A DNA stretch of 52,631 nt, from positions 987,620 through 1,040,250 of the forward strand of contig NW_005201392.1 in assembly GCF_000372725.1 (NCBI RefSeq), in the 5' to 3' direction. This DNA comes from Emiliania huxleyi CCMP1516 (taxonomy: Eukaryota). Below, in pieces: positions 20,633 through 32,497 of this stretch (positions are counted from its first letter, which is position 1; every line of letters begins with the position of its first letter). Below the pieces are notes generated by a model. The model did no database searches and was not told where the DNA came from. It worked only from the letters and a program-made list of their open reading frames with translations. The translations under genes were made by a program, and so were the position numbers.

Positions 20633-21664
20633 TCAACCCTTGTGAATCACAAATGTATGCACGCGGGGCAGCCTCGCCCGCAGTGATGCTGGCTGTGGGC
20701 AACCCATGCCAATGCAGCCGCGCACATCTAGGGCGACTAGCGAGGCTGCTCGGTGAGCAACGAGGGCATCGAGTGCGGCGGCGGTGAGCCCTCGGATGCC
20801 GTGGAGCGACAACACCTCGAGCGGGCAGCCGGCAGCAATGGCCGCGACGCCCACGTCTGTTACGCCAAGGCACCACGAGATCGATAGGGAGTGCAGCGCG
20901 GACGCGACCGCGCCGAGGGCGAGCAGGGGCGCGTCTGCCAGGTCGTTGAGGCCGGTGAAATCGAGCTGTGTGAGGCTGGCGCGAGCCGCGCGCGCCAAGC
21001 TCAGAATGGGCGCCTCGGAGAGCTGTCCATTGGCATAGAGCGTGACCGACACCAGCCTGGGGTTGCCCTGCATGATCGCAGCGGCAGCGATGTCGTCGAG
21101 GAGCGGCATGCGTGTCAGATCGAGCTCTGTGAGGCGTCGCAGCCGCGATGCGACCGACAGCATGCCCTCCGAGCCTATGCCGGTGCACCCCGACAGAGAG
21201 AGGCTCTGCAGCCGGCCACAGCGTGCGAGGTGTCGCGCCGAAGAGTCGGTCAGCCTCACTGCGGCGTAAAGTCGCAGCGATACGAGCGAAGCGCCGCAGG
21301 CACGAACGAGCGCCTCGACGCCGCCGTCGCCGAGGCTGCGGCAAGCATCAAGCGCAAGCGCAGTCAGCCCCGTCGGCAACAGGGCAAGGTGCGCATCGGT
21401 GAGCCTGTCGCAGAATGCTACCTCCAGGCGCCTGAGCTGCGCGTACCGACCACCCGCCTCCCCAAGGGCGTCTTCAAAAAATGCTTTGGGCTCCCGGTTG
21501 CCCGCGAGGTACAGGGCCGCGAGCGATGACCGCCGCGTGGCGGAGCTCAGCACAGCGGAGCAGGAAGCGAGCCGACCAAGGGTCTGCGCGGCGCAGCGAG
21601 CGTGCAACGCAACGAGCTCGAGGGCGCCGTCTCGCCGGCGAGCGTCCTCCTCAGGCGCTGGCAT
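20633..21664 (-). CDS. Leucine-rich repeat protein, cysteine-containing (FBXL/AMN1-like) subtype
   Basis: Repeated LxxLxLxxCxxLTDxxL motifs (LRRLEVAFCDRLTD, LQSLSLSGCTGI, LHSLSISWCLGVTD); no clear F-box seen. Confidence 0.85.
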   Translation of the reverse strand: MPAPEEDARRRDGALELVALHARCAAQTLGRLASCSAVLSSATRRSSLAALYLAGNREPKAFFEDALGEAGGRYAQLRRLEVAFCDRLTDAHLALLPTGLTALALDACRSLGDGGVEALVRACGASLVSLRLYAAVRLTDSSARHLARCGRLQSLSLSGCTGIGSEGMLSVASRLRRLTELDLTRMPLLDDIAAAAIMQGNPRLVSVTLYANGQLSEAPILSLARAARASLTQLDFTGLNDLADAPLLALGAVASALHSLSISWCLGVTDVGVAAIAAGCPLEVLSLHGIRGLTAAALDALVAHRAASLVALDVRGCIGMGCPQPASLRARLPRVHTFVIHKG

Positions 21665-21716
21665 GTCAATACATTTTGCAAGGCGCGGGCTCCGGGCGAG
21701 GTACTCCCACCCACCC

Positions 21717-22550
21717 GGTGAACCTTCTTTTCTACCAGGCTAGGATTGAGAGCAGCCTCGCTCTCAATCCTAGAAGTCGAAGGATTGTGAGCAGCACTCC
21801 TCGCAATCGTAGCATCTCTGTGCGATTGTGAGCGCCTACGCTCGCAATCCTACATCTTCTAGGACTAAGAGCAGCTCCGCTCCCAAGCAAGATGACTGGT
21901 GACGCCTACGACTACTACCAGCGCGCTCGCAATCCGAGCAAAGTCTAGGATTGCGAGCAGCACTGCTCACAATCCTAGCAACATGCCTCCGATTGCGAGC
22001 AGAAGCGCTCGCAATCCTAGAACTTTCGCCGATTGCGAGCGACACCGCCCACAGTCCTACGACTTCTAGGATTGCGAGCGGGTCCCCTCGCAATCGGTGC
22101 GACACTGTTGGATTGTGAGGAGACCCCCCCGGCGCGCTCACTCACAAGCGCTCGCGGCTGGAGCGATTGGGAGCGCCCCCTGTGCGACTGCTAGCAATCC
22201 TTGGATCTTTGGTCTGATTGTGAGCACCGCCGCTCATAGTCCTACAAGATGTAGGATTGCGAGCGCTACTGCTCGCAATCGGAGCCATGTTGCTAGAATT
22301 GTGAGCAGTGCTGCTCGCAAGCCTAGACTTTGCTCGGATTGCGAGCGCGCTGGTAGTAGTCGTAGGCGTCACCAGTCACCTTGGGAGCGGAGCTGCTCTT
22401 AGTCCTAGAAGATGTAGGATTGCGAGCGTAGGCGCTCACAATCGCACAGAGATGCTACGATTGCGAGGAGTGCTGCTCACAATCCTTCGACTTCTAGGAT
22501 TGAGAGCGAGGCTGCTCTCAATCCTAGCCTAGTACAAAAGAAGGTTCACC
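21717..22550. mobile_element. Foldback-type non-autonomous element with ~300-bp inverted arms made of palindromic ~40-bp units
   Basis: 21717-22019 is the near-perfect reverse complement of 22252-22550 (GGTGAACCTTCTTTT...AAAAGAAGGTTCACC). Internal unit is GATTGNGAGC-N5-7-GCTCNCAATC. The target-site duplication is ambiguous (CCC, or CCCACCC/CCCACAC). Confidence 0.85.
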
Positions 22551-23251
22551 CCCACACGCCTCTCGGTTTTAGTCCCCGAATATGACCCGAGTTGCACGAG
22601 GCCGAGCCCTGCGCAATGCGTTCCCCCCGGTCTTGATAAGGTTCCCCATGCCAGTTTCGGGGCGTAAACCCTGCCCGGCCCCTAGAGCGCCCCAGGTAAG
22701 GCCCAGGTGTGGCCTAGGCCCTAGGGCATCAGAAGGGACCAAGAGGAGTCCAGTCTGAGCCATACAGCCCATGCATGTCTTTGCCCCCGAAGGTCGCGTT
22801 CAAAATGCCCGGAACGGACGTTACAGTGGTGTCCGGCCGGCGCGATCACGGACGGAGCTGTGACGCTCAGGGAAGCCTGATGAGGTACTGGTTTCTTTGC
22901 CCAGGGCTGTCCTTCCCCCCAGGCTGGATCAGCTGAGCAAGAGGTTTGGGGCGGGGAGAATCCGCCCCGGTCAGATCTTCAGATATTTGGATGACCGAAA
23001 TCACCCCGTTTTTGCCCATTTTCGGTCATCCGTCAAAATATCTGAAGATCCCAATATAGGATGGCACAAAGTTACTCTTACTTGACGCCTCTGAAGGGGA
23101 TGGCTCACTCTCACATGCAGGCGTACACGCCATACACACACATCAACTCTCACGAACGTTACTGTACAGCATGAATGAGTGTCATCACGTAACATGCACA
23201 TGCACGACACAAGATTGACGTAAATGCCAAGTAGACACACCAGCTGGCCCA

Positions 23252-26200
23252 TCACACCTTTTCCGAACCCTCCCCTTCTGTGGAAGTGGAAGGCGATCCC
23301 GCGGCGCCATCTATCGCCCGGCACAACGGACATGCATTGGAGCTCGTGCTCGATCGCGCCTGCGTGATCATGCAGCGGGCATGGAAACGGTGACCGCAAG
23401 ATAAGGTGTAGCACGCCAGGTTGCCCGTCGCTGTCGCGACTAGCGGGTCAAGGCAAATGGCACAAGCTTCAGCCGCGTCTGATGGCGAGCTGAGGGCCCT
23501 GACGATCAATATGTCGGGGCGTCCCTGCGCCTGCACTGCAGCTGCTTCCGGGGCAATAGGGACGGCCGATACAGCCTGCACGATCGCACTCTGCAAGTGT
23601 TGCGTCCCGGCCGGCGTGGCCGCGTCGATGCACAGCCTGGGTTTGCGTTCCAGCAAGCCGCGTCGACTGACGGCCGTGCCAGCAGCAACTGCGGAGGAGA
23701 TCGTCGTGACAGCAGGTGGGGGCTGCTCGAGCAACGGTGGGGTAGGCCAAACGCGAAGCGCTCGGTCGCCGCCACCCGTTGCAACGTGGTCTCCATTGGG
23801 CGAATATGCAACCGCGCGAAGGACTCCACTGTGTGCGTCTGTCCTCTCGAGGACGGGCGACGACAAGTCGGAGGCGGCGTCCCACACGCGGAGCGCCCCG
23901 TCGCCGCCGACCGTAGCGAGGCGGCTCCCGTCGGGCGAGTAGGCGACCGAGTAGATGCCGCTGGTGGTGGCTCTCTCCATGAGGGGCGACGACAAGTCAG
24001 AGGCGGCGTCCCACACGCGCAGCGCCCTGTCGGTGCCGCCCGTGGCGATGCGGGTGCCGTCGGGCGAGAAGGCGACTGCGCGGACTCGGGCGCCGTGCGC
24101 ATCCGCTCTCTCCATGAGGGGCGACGCCAGGTCTAAGGAGGCGGCGTCCCACACGCGCAGCGCCCTGTCGTCGCCGACTGTGGCGAGGCGACAACCGTCG
24201 ACGGAGAAGGAAACTGAGTAGATGGCGCTCGTGTGCGCGTCCACTCCTACCACGAGGGGCGATGCCAGGTCCGAGGCGTCCCACACGCGCAGCGCCCCGT
24301 CGTCGCCGACCGTGGCGATGCGGCTGCCGTCGGGCGAGTATGCGACCGAGTAGATGGCGCTGCTGTGTGCGTTCGGCTTCTCCAGAGGCGGCGAGGACAG
24401 GTCCGAGGCGTCCCACACGCGCAGCGCCCCGTCGCTGCCGCCGGTGGCAATGCGGGTGCCGTCGGGCAAGAACACGACGGAGAAGATGTCGCCCCTGTGA
24501 GCCGTGGCTTGTTGAATGCTAGGCGACGACAGGTCTGAGGAGGCGTCCCATACACGCAAAGCGCTGTCGCTGCCGACTGTTGCGACGCGGCTGCCGTCGG
24601 GCGAGTACGCGACCGAGAAGACGCTGCCCTGCCGCCTTCTTGCAGCAGCAAGGACCAGGGAGCAGCAGCAGAGGCAGGTCGACATACAGATGCCAAGTAT
24701 TAGAGGCAGCCGCAAGTTGTCACTGCCAGTGTCGACGAGAGGGAGCGCACTTCGCTCCAACGGGAGGTACGGGGGTGGGATCAGCGGCGGAGGCGCCGGC
24801 GCCGGTATGATGCCCTGGCAGAAGAGCAGCCCGTCCGGAGCAGTCAACGGAATGAGCTGCCCCGACTCGTCGGGCCTCTGGCAGTAGTCGTGCTCGTAGA
24901 AGATGTCGGTGATGAAGCCCCGGTCCGCGCAGAACTTGACGTGCATGAAGTCGCGGTTCTGCTCCTCTCTCGACAGCCCCAGGCACGCTCTCTCGTACAC
25001 CGCCTGCGCCCCCGGATCGGGCGGCAGGAGCAGCGCCTGCACCTCGGGCGGCTGACGGGCGTAGTAGTCGCACATGTCGATCGGCGCCAGCCACACCGGC
25101 CGGAAGTCGGGGTCTTCGCAGCCGCACTCGCCGTCTCGCGTCGCCGGCCGCCGCACTGGCCACGAGCTGTTTGGCTGGCTTATGGCGGCGTAGAAGGTGT
25201 TGACGGTGTCGAGCGCAGTGGAGGAGGAGTTGGCCAGCGCGTCGTAGTCGAAGAAGATGTTGCAGGGGCAGTCCACCTCCTCGTTGCTCTGCGTGGGCCC
25301 AACAGGCCCGATGTCGGTGCCGCACATCATGGCGCCGTCGCGGGCAAGGCGTGGGTAGAGCGTGAAGTTGTTCGCCGCCTCGGGCACGCAGTACTCCTTG
25401 CTGAGGTAGTAGTTGTAGCGCACAAAGGCGGGCGTCGCGCACAGCCGGACGTGATGGTAGTACTCATTGACCTGCTCGCCCGGCGCAAAGGCGGAGCAGG
25501 TGCGATTATACGACTCCTGCAGCTGCCCCGACGTGAAGAGCACGTCTCGCTGCGTCGCGTTGAGGGTGTCGAACCAGAAGCACAGGTCGAGGGCGGCCAG
25601 CCAGACGGGGCGGTCCTCGGCGCTCTCGCACGCGCAGCCCCACTTCGGGTCGTACACGGGGAGGCTGAGCGGCCAGGCGTCGTTGGTCTGGAGGACGAAG
25701 AAGAGCGCGTTGGTGTCGTTGAGGAAGGAGGGGGAGTTCGCTGTGCCGCCATCCAGGTCGTAGTAGGGCGAGCATGAGCAGGGCGGCGAGGGCGAAGGAG
25801 GCGAGGACGGTGGAGGCGAGGGCGGCGGCGGCGAGGGTGGAGGCGGCGAGGGCGGAGGAGGCGAGGGCGGCGGCGGCGAGGGCGGAGGCGGCGAGGGCGG
25901 CGGAGGCGAGGGCGGTCGATGCGAGGGCGGAGGAGGCGAGGGCGGTGGAGGCGAGGGCGGTGGAGGCGAGGGCGGAGGCGGCGAGGGCGGAGGAAGCGAG
26001 GGCGGAGGCGGCGAGGGCGGAGGCGGCGAGGGCGGAGGTGGAGAGGACGGAGGTGGACTTGGTGGCGGCGCTGAAGGAGGCGGCGGCGATGGAGGCGGCG
26101 GGCTCGGCGGGGGCCTTGGCGGCACCGGGCTGGAAGGTGGCGGCGAGGGAGGCGGCGGCGAGGGTGGGGAAGGCGAGGGCGGCGGCGACCCTGGTGGTGG

Positions 26201-29200
26201 TGGCAAAGGCGGAGGCGGTGAGGGCGGAGGCGGGCTTAGTGGCGGCGATGAAGGAGGCGGTGGCGATGGAGACGGCGGGCTGGGTGGGAGACGAGGCGGC
26301 GACGGGTTGGGCGGTGGTGGCGAGGGTGGCGGTGGCGAGGGCGGTGGCACTGGAGGCGGTGGTGAGGGCGGTGGCAATGGGGGTGGTGGGGAAAGGAGTG
26401 GGGGCGACGGCAAAGGTGGCTCTGTAGAGGGAAGCGGCAGAGATGGCGGCGGTGGAAAGGGCGGAGGCGGCGAGGGCGGCAGCAACGTCGACAGTGGGGT
26501 CAGCGGTGATAGTGACGGTTGAGGTGGTGGATGGGACGGAGGGGGTAGGCAGCCCCTCACAAAGGTTCCAGAGCAGCTAGCTTCCCCTGGTGCCAGACCC
26601 CAGCAAAGCTTGAACTTCCCAGCTTTAGACGTCGTCTTGAAGTACGATGAGCAGGAGGAAGGGTCTGCGGAGCCACAGCCGCCGCTTGAGAGCTCAACGC
26701 GCCCGTTCACGTCGCCGCAGTCGAGCGGAGGAGGCGACGGCAGCGGTGGCGAGGGCGGAGGCGGCGAGGGTTGCGGAGCCGCAGGCGGCGGCGGCGGTTG
26801 CTGCGGCGAGGTCATCGGCGCATTTGGCGGGAAGGAGGGCGGAGGTGGCGACGGCGGAGGTGGCTTGGGCGTCGGTGGCAAAGGCGGAGGAGACGATGGA
26901 GGGGGCGGGCTTGGTGGCGGAGGAGTGGGGGGCGGCGAAGATGGCGGTGGCTGCCATGGTGGAGGAGGGGAGTGAGGTGGAGACGAGGGTGGCGAGGGCG
27001 GCGGCGGAGATGGCGGCGGCGGCATCGGCGGCGGTGACGAGGGTGGTGGCGGTGATGGCGGCGGAGGGGACGGCGGGGGCTGGGTAGGCGGCGGCGACAA
27101 AGGCGGGGGCGACGGTGGAGGGGGCGAGGGTGGCGGCGGTGACGGTGGCGGTGGCGAGGGTGGGGGCGGCGACGGCTGAGGTGGCGACGGCGGTGGCTGG
27201 GTGGGAGGCGGTGAAAAGGGCGGCAGCGGACTCGACGGTGCTGGAGAGGGAGGCGGCGGCGATGGAGGCGGCGGCGACGGCGGCGGCGACGCTGGCGGAG
27301 GCGACGGCGGCGGGGGCGACGGCGGCGGTGGCGACGGCGGAGGCGACGGCGGCGGGGGCGACGGCGGAGGCGGCGACGGCGGCGGTGGCAGAGGCGGCGG
27401 CGACGACGGTGGCGGTGGCAGCGGTGGCAGAGGCGTGGGCGAAGGCGGCGCGGGTGGCGGCGACGGTGGCGGAGGGGGCACTTTGGGATCGAACTCTGGT
27501 ATGAACGGAGGAGCACTGGGCGGCGGGGGACTGGGTGGCGGTGGCGCGGAAGGCGGCGGCGGCGATGGCGGCGGCGGCGATGGCTGTGGCGGCGATGTCG
27601 GGGGAGGAAAAGGTGGCAATGACGGTGGCGGCGATGGCGGAGGTGGCGAGGGCGGCGACGACGGCGGCGGCGACGGTAGCGGCGGTGTTGGGGGCGGTGG
27701 CGACAGTGGCAGCGCTGGTGGCGGCAACGAGGGCGGTGGCGGCGAGGACGGTGGCGGCGACGGCGGCGGTGGCGAGGGGACAGGCGGCGACGGCAGCGGT
27801 GGCGAGGGCGGAGGCGGCGAGGGTTGCGGAGCCGCAGGCGGCGGCGGCGGTTGCTGCGGCGAGGTCATCGGCGCATTTGGCGGGAAGGAGGGCGGAGGTG
27901 GCGACGGCGGAGGTGGCTTGGGCGTCGGTGGCAAAGGCGGAGGAGACGATGGAGGGGGCGGGCTTGGTGGCGGAGGAGTGGGGGGCGGCGAAGATGGCGG
28001 TGGCTGCCATGGTGGAGGAGGGGAGTGAGGTGGAGACGAGGGTGGCGAGGGCGGCGGCGGAGATGGCGGCGGCGGCATCGGCGGCGACGAGGGAGGAGGC
28101 GGTGAGGGCGGCGGGGGCGACGGAGGAGGCGGCGAAGGAGGGGGCGGAGAGGGCGGCGGCGGAGAGGGCGGCGGCGGAGACGGAGGAGGCGGCGAGAAGG
28201 GAGGCGATGGAGGTAGTGGAGGTGACGACGGGGGCGGCGGCGGCGGCGGCATCGGCTGGCCCGTCGCGCAGTAGTTCTGATAGGTTGTGCCGGTCTTGGT
28301 CAGCTGGTACATGTAGGTCATCGTCGCTCCCTGGTCGTACGAGCACGTGCAGGTGGGCACGTCCTCGGGCGATAAGCTGACGCTGTTGTAGCAATTGGCG
28401 ACGCCGTTCTTGATACAGGAAGCGCCGCAGTTCCGGTAGAAGCCGCAGAGCTGGGCGGTGGACGGCGCCTCCCCCATGACCGGCATCGGCGAGCTGTTCC
28501 ACGTCCGCCAAGTGGCGCCGCAGTTGTAGGAGCTGGTTTCGAGGCCGTCGGAGGTCGCCATCATGCGACTCGGGTTGCCGCTGGAGTCCTCGAACCTGTA
28601 CCACGTCGGGGTGCTGGAGACGTAGTAGTCCTGGGCAGACAAAGAGGTATAGGTGTGGAGACGGCGCGTGTCCTCGAGCACCGTCGAGTCGCTAAGCGAC
28701 TGCGGGCAGTCCGCGTGGCAGTAGCCGTTGGGGGCGACCGGCGGCGGGGAGGGCGGCGGTGGCGACGGCGGCGGCGGCGACGGCGGCGGCGGAGACGGCG
28801 GCGGCGAGGGCGGAGGCGACGGTGGAGGCGGCGAGGGAGGGATGGAGGGCGGAAAGGGCGGCGGCGGCGGCGGCATCGGCTGGCCCGTCGCGCAGTAGTT
28901 CTGATAGGTTGTGCCGGTCTTGGTCAGCTGGTACATGTAGGTCATCGTCGCTCCCTGGTCGTACGAGCACGTGCAGGTGGGCACGTCCTCGGGCGATAAG
29001 CTGACGCTGTTGTAGCAATTGGCGACGCCGTTCTTGATACAGGAAGCGCCGCAGTTCCGGTAGAAGCCGCAGAGCTGGGCGGTGGACGGCGCCTCCCCCA
29101 TGACCGGCATCGGCGAGCTGTTCCACGTCCGCCAAGTGGCGCCGCAGTTGTAGGAGCTGGTTTCGAGGCCGTCGGAGGTCGCCATCATGCGACTCGGGTT

Positions 29201-31301
29201 GCCGCTGGAGTCCTCGAACCTGTACCACGTCGGGGTGCTGGAGACGTAGTAGTCCTGGGCAGACAAAGAGGTATAGGTGTGGAGACGGCGCGTGTCCTCG
29301 AGCACCGTCGAGTCGCTCAGCGACTGCGGGCAGTCCGCGTGGCAGTACTGACTTGGCATGTAAGGCGGCGGGGAGGGTGGCGGCGGGGAGGGCGGCGGCG
29401 GGGAGGGCGGCGGCGGAGACGGCGGCGGCGAAGGCGGCGGCGAGGACGGCGGGGGCGATGGTGGAGGCGGTGACGGCGGCGGTGGAGACGGCGGTGGTGG
29501 CGACGGCGGAGGAGGCGATGGCGGTGGTGGCGACGGCGGTGGCGGCGACGGCGGCGGTGGTGATGGCGGGGGCTCTGGCGGCGGTGGCGACGGCGGAGGG
29601 GGCGAGGGTGGTGGAGGTGAGGGCGGCGGCGGCGATGGTGGCGGTGGCGCTGGCGGCGGTGAGGGCGGAGGCGGTGAGGGCGGAGGAGGGCTGGGGGGCG
29701 GAGGAGAGGGCGGTGGTGGCGAGGGCGGCGGCGGTGAGGGCGGCGGCGGCGAGGGCGGCGGTGGCGAGGGCGGCGGTGACGGTGGCGGGGGTAAGGGAGG
29801 AGGTGGCGTGGGTGGAGGTGGCGAGGGCGGCGGCGGTGACGGGGGTGGCGATGGCGGCGACTTGCACGGTATTTCAATGGCCGAGGCAGCGTCCAACTGA
29901 GGCAGCAAAGGGAGGAGACGGGTGAGACACAGGGAGTTGCGGGAGATTGGTCGAAATTATCACGGGCCTGCGTCCAGTGAGACCCTTGATCAAGCGAGAC
30001 CTGCACCTGCACCTGCGCCGAATTGTCCTCTCCCGACCGGTCGGACGCCGCGCTCGACGAGCTGCATCGCACGACGGAGGTTGAGATCTGCTCTGCAGTC
30101 ATCGAGCTCTGGCTGCCACCGTCGGTGAGGCGGCAGGCCAGATTGCCTACATGCGCACATGGCGGAGCGGTGAGCAGCACACCACACTGCAGATCGCGTC
30201 GTCTTGGCGCCTGTGCCTGTGTCCGCAAAGCCCGTCCCCACCGCCTCGACCGACACGACCTCGTGGCAAAACGAGTTGTGCAGGCAGAGGTAATGGACCT
30301 GGTGCATGCAGGCGGGCGATTTTGCAGTGAGAGGCGCGGGGCGCACAGGGGGCGCTCGAGCTTGCTCGCCTCGATGCAAGCCTCGTCGACGATGCTCGGA
30401 ATGACCGCTTGCGCAGCGGCGACGTCAGCGAGCCCCACCCAGGCGTAGCTGCTGCTCGGCGTGGACGCCCACGCCGTCATCAGCGCCACGTCTGCGTCGC
30501 CAAAGCCGATTGTAACCAAGGTGATGCCCTGCGACTTGATGCTGTTAGCCTCGTCGGTGACGGTCGCGTCGGTGCCGCCCACCGTCTGCCTCCCGTCGGT
30601 GAGCAGAACGAGCACTGGGGGGGCGGTGGCAGCGCCCCGCGGAGCCGCTGTCGCGAGGTCCTTGGCAGCCGAGAGGCCGCAAGATATGCAGGTCGTGCCG
30701 TACGAGCCATCCCGCGCATTGATCGCAGCAACGACGCTCGACGCGTCGTCGCTAATCGGGCTGACAACCTTTGCAGCGTTATCGATGTCGCACGCGGGTG
30801 TGGACGCGTTCACGCCGTTGCAGTAGAAGCCTGCAGAGGGTGGCAGAGGGTGGGCCCGTGAGCAGTGGGCGGAGTGGGCGAGCCGGTTCAGGGCATGAAG
30901 CTGTGTGTGGAGGCGGAGACGTGTGCCGCACTCGAAGGCCCGTTGAAGGTCACGATGCCGACGCGAGCCCCCTGTGCGGACAGCGAGAGCTCCCCCACAA
31001 AGTCGAGCATCAGCTGCGTCAGATCGCCGTGGATGTCATTGACGCTCGCCGAGTTGTCCACCACGAGCACAAAGTCTTGCGCTGACTCGCAGGCGGTGGG
31101 TGCCGGCACGGCAGTGCACCCGACCGCTCGAGGCTCCACTGGCGGGAGCGGCAGCGACGGCGGTGGCGGGGAGGAAGGCGGCGAGGGCGGCTGAAAGGGA
31201 GGCGGCGGCGAAGGCGGCGGCGGCGAGGGCGGAGGCGGCCAGGGAGCCGCCACCGCTGCTGAAATTGACAGGAGGAGGAGCAAGCCTGTCGCCGGTAGCA
31301 T
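23252..31301 (-). CDS. Large single-pass membrane protein: signal peptide, VWA, Ser-Pro(n) stalk with Cys-rich modules, TM, 7 WD40 repeats, RING-H2
   Basis: MLPATGLLLLLSISAAVAA signal peptide; VWA MIDAS motifs DFVLVVDNSAS and VLLTDG in 5' exons (joins inferred). The 2218-codon terminal frame contains TM LPLILGICMSTCLCCCSLVLAAARRR, seven xSPDG..(I/L)AT.G.D.ALRVW repeats, and CAIC...CGHRFHARC...CPLC. Confidence 0.8.
26734..28086 (-). repeat. ~300-bp direct duplication within the Pro-rich stalk, offset 1053 bp
   Basis: Peptide SPPHSPPPPWQPPP...SFPPNAPMTSPQQ occurs twice; TTGCGGAGCC at 26771 and 27824. Confidence 0.9.
28240..29347 (-). repeat. Near-identical duplication of a ~160-aa Cys-rich extracellular domain, offset 624 bp
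   Basis: YCHADCPQSL...WYRF...CGATWRTW...NYCATG is encoded twice (~28251-28723 and ~28875-29347); one synonymous difference seen (28694 vs 29318). Confidence 0.95.
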
Positions 31302-32059
31302 GCCGGACGACGGCCGCCCGGCGCGCGGCGGACGCCGCGTGCGAGCGGAGGCGGCCAAGATGGCAGATACTCGCGCGGCGGTCGACAAAAGGCGGCGCCC
31401 GCAACAGTTGGACTAACGGACGCGCGCACGTCTTGAGCACTTGAGCACTGCTGGATAGGGTCGGTTCCGCATGGTACGGGACCCCTCGATCGTCTCGCCC
31501 ACCCTCACTGGTATGTTCATTGGGGGGGGTCATAACGCACGTCTTGCGACGTACAAGTCCGCATGATTTTCGACCGACCGCAGCGAAACGCAGGGGCGGC
31601 TCCCCCCCGACCGAGCTGCGAAGAAACAACGGCGTCCACACCGGCCAGAAGCCCCCAAATTTTCTTCGGCGCTGCGCGCCGTTGCAGTCGAGTGTAGGTG
31701 CATGCACATGTGTACATGTGCATGTGTGTTGCAGCCCAGATAGCTATCGTGCCGCGGAATAGGTCCATCCATGTCCATGTGGTTAGAAAAAATGCTCGCC
31801 CGAAAGCGCCCGCCGGTGTGTGTGAGATACAGCGCTACAAGTTTGGACGCATCCGACACACGGGCAGGGTTTCGCGCTTAGCAGCTGGCCAACGGTGATG
31901 TGCACGCCGTCGCGTCGCCGACGGCTCGTGCTGCTGCGTATGATAGCAATCCAATTTTAGGGCATCTACAAGCCCGGGATGCGGATGGACATACCATCGC
32001 TGAATATATCAATATATTGAGCCCCCCTTAGCCAATCCAGGCCCTGGTCCCTCTAACTA

Positions 32060-32497
32060 GGCCGAGCGTTTTTGATCTCTGGGTGAGTGGGCGCCCGCCC
32101 GCCGCCTCTGAGGGGGTCGGGCCCCCTAGACTGAAAACAAAAACAAGCTCGAAAACAGCCAAAATCAGCCTGCGAGAGTCTGCCCGAGAGAGAGAGGCAC
32201 TGCGCGCCGCTGACCTCATGTGGGGATGTGTGCCGACACCATATACTGATCTAAAACCTGGAAACCCTTGTTCAAAGAAGACCCTAAGCGCCATCCTTCC
32301 TGCTCTCACCTGATCGCTGATGCTGCTTCCCCGCGCCGCCTCCTTGGCCCCCTTGGGCGTATTTTCTACTCCCAGTGGGGGGACCGGGCCCCGGGCCCCC
32401 TCTTGTTTTCTGTTTTCTGTTTTTCAAAACGCCCGCCCGCCCGCCACCCCGAGGCGGCTCGGCCCCCCACTCACCCAGAGATCAAAAACGCTCGGCC
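32060..32497. mobile_element. MITE, PIF/Harbinger (Tourist)-like
   Basis: 32-bp perfect terminal inverted repeats GGCCGAGCGTTTTTGATCTCTGGGTGAGTGGG; 3-bp target-site duplication CTA (32057-32059 and 32498-32500); no transposase ORF. Confidence 0.85.

Noticed and set aside
22295..22310. Resemblance of units to the lac operator (AATTGTGAGC), suggesting vector contamination
   Set aside because: Only a half-site matches, it is embedded in a degenerate native repeat, and no other vector sequence is present.
21740..22530. CRISPR-like array of palindromic repeats
   Set aside because: Linkers are only ~7-10 bp and are mirrored between the two arms, the repeats are degenerate, no cas genes are present and the context is eukaryotic. 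A foldback transposon explains it better.
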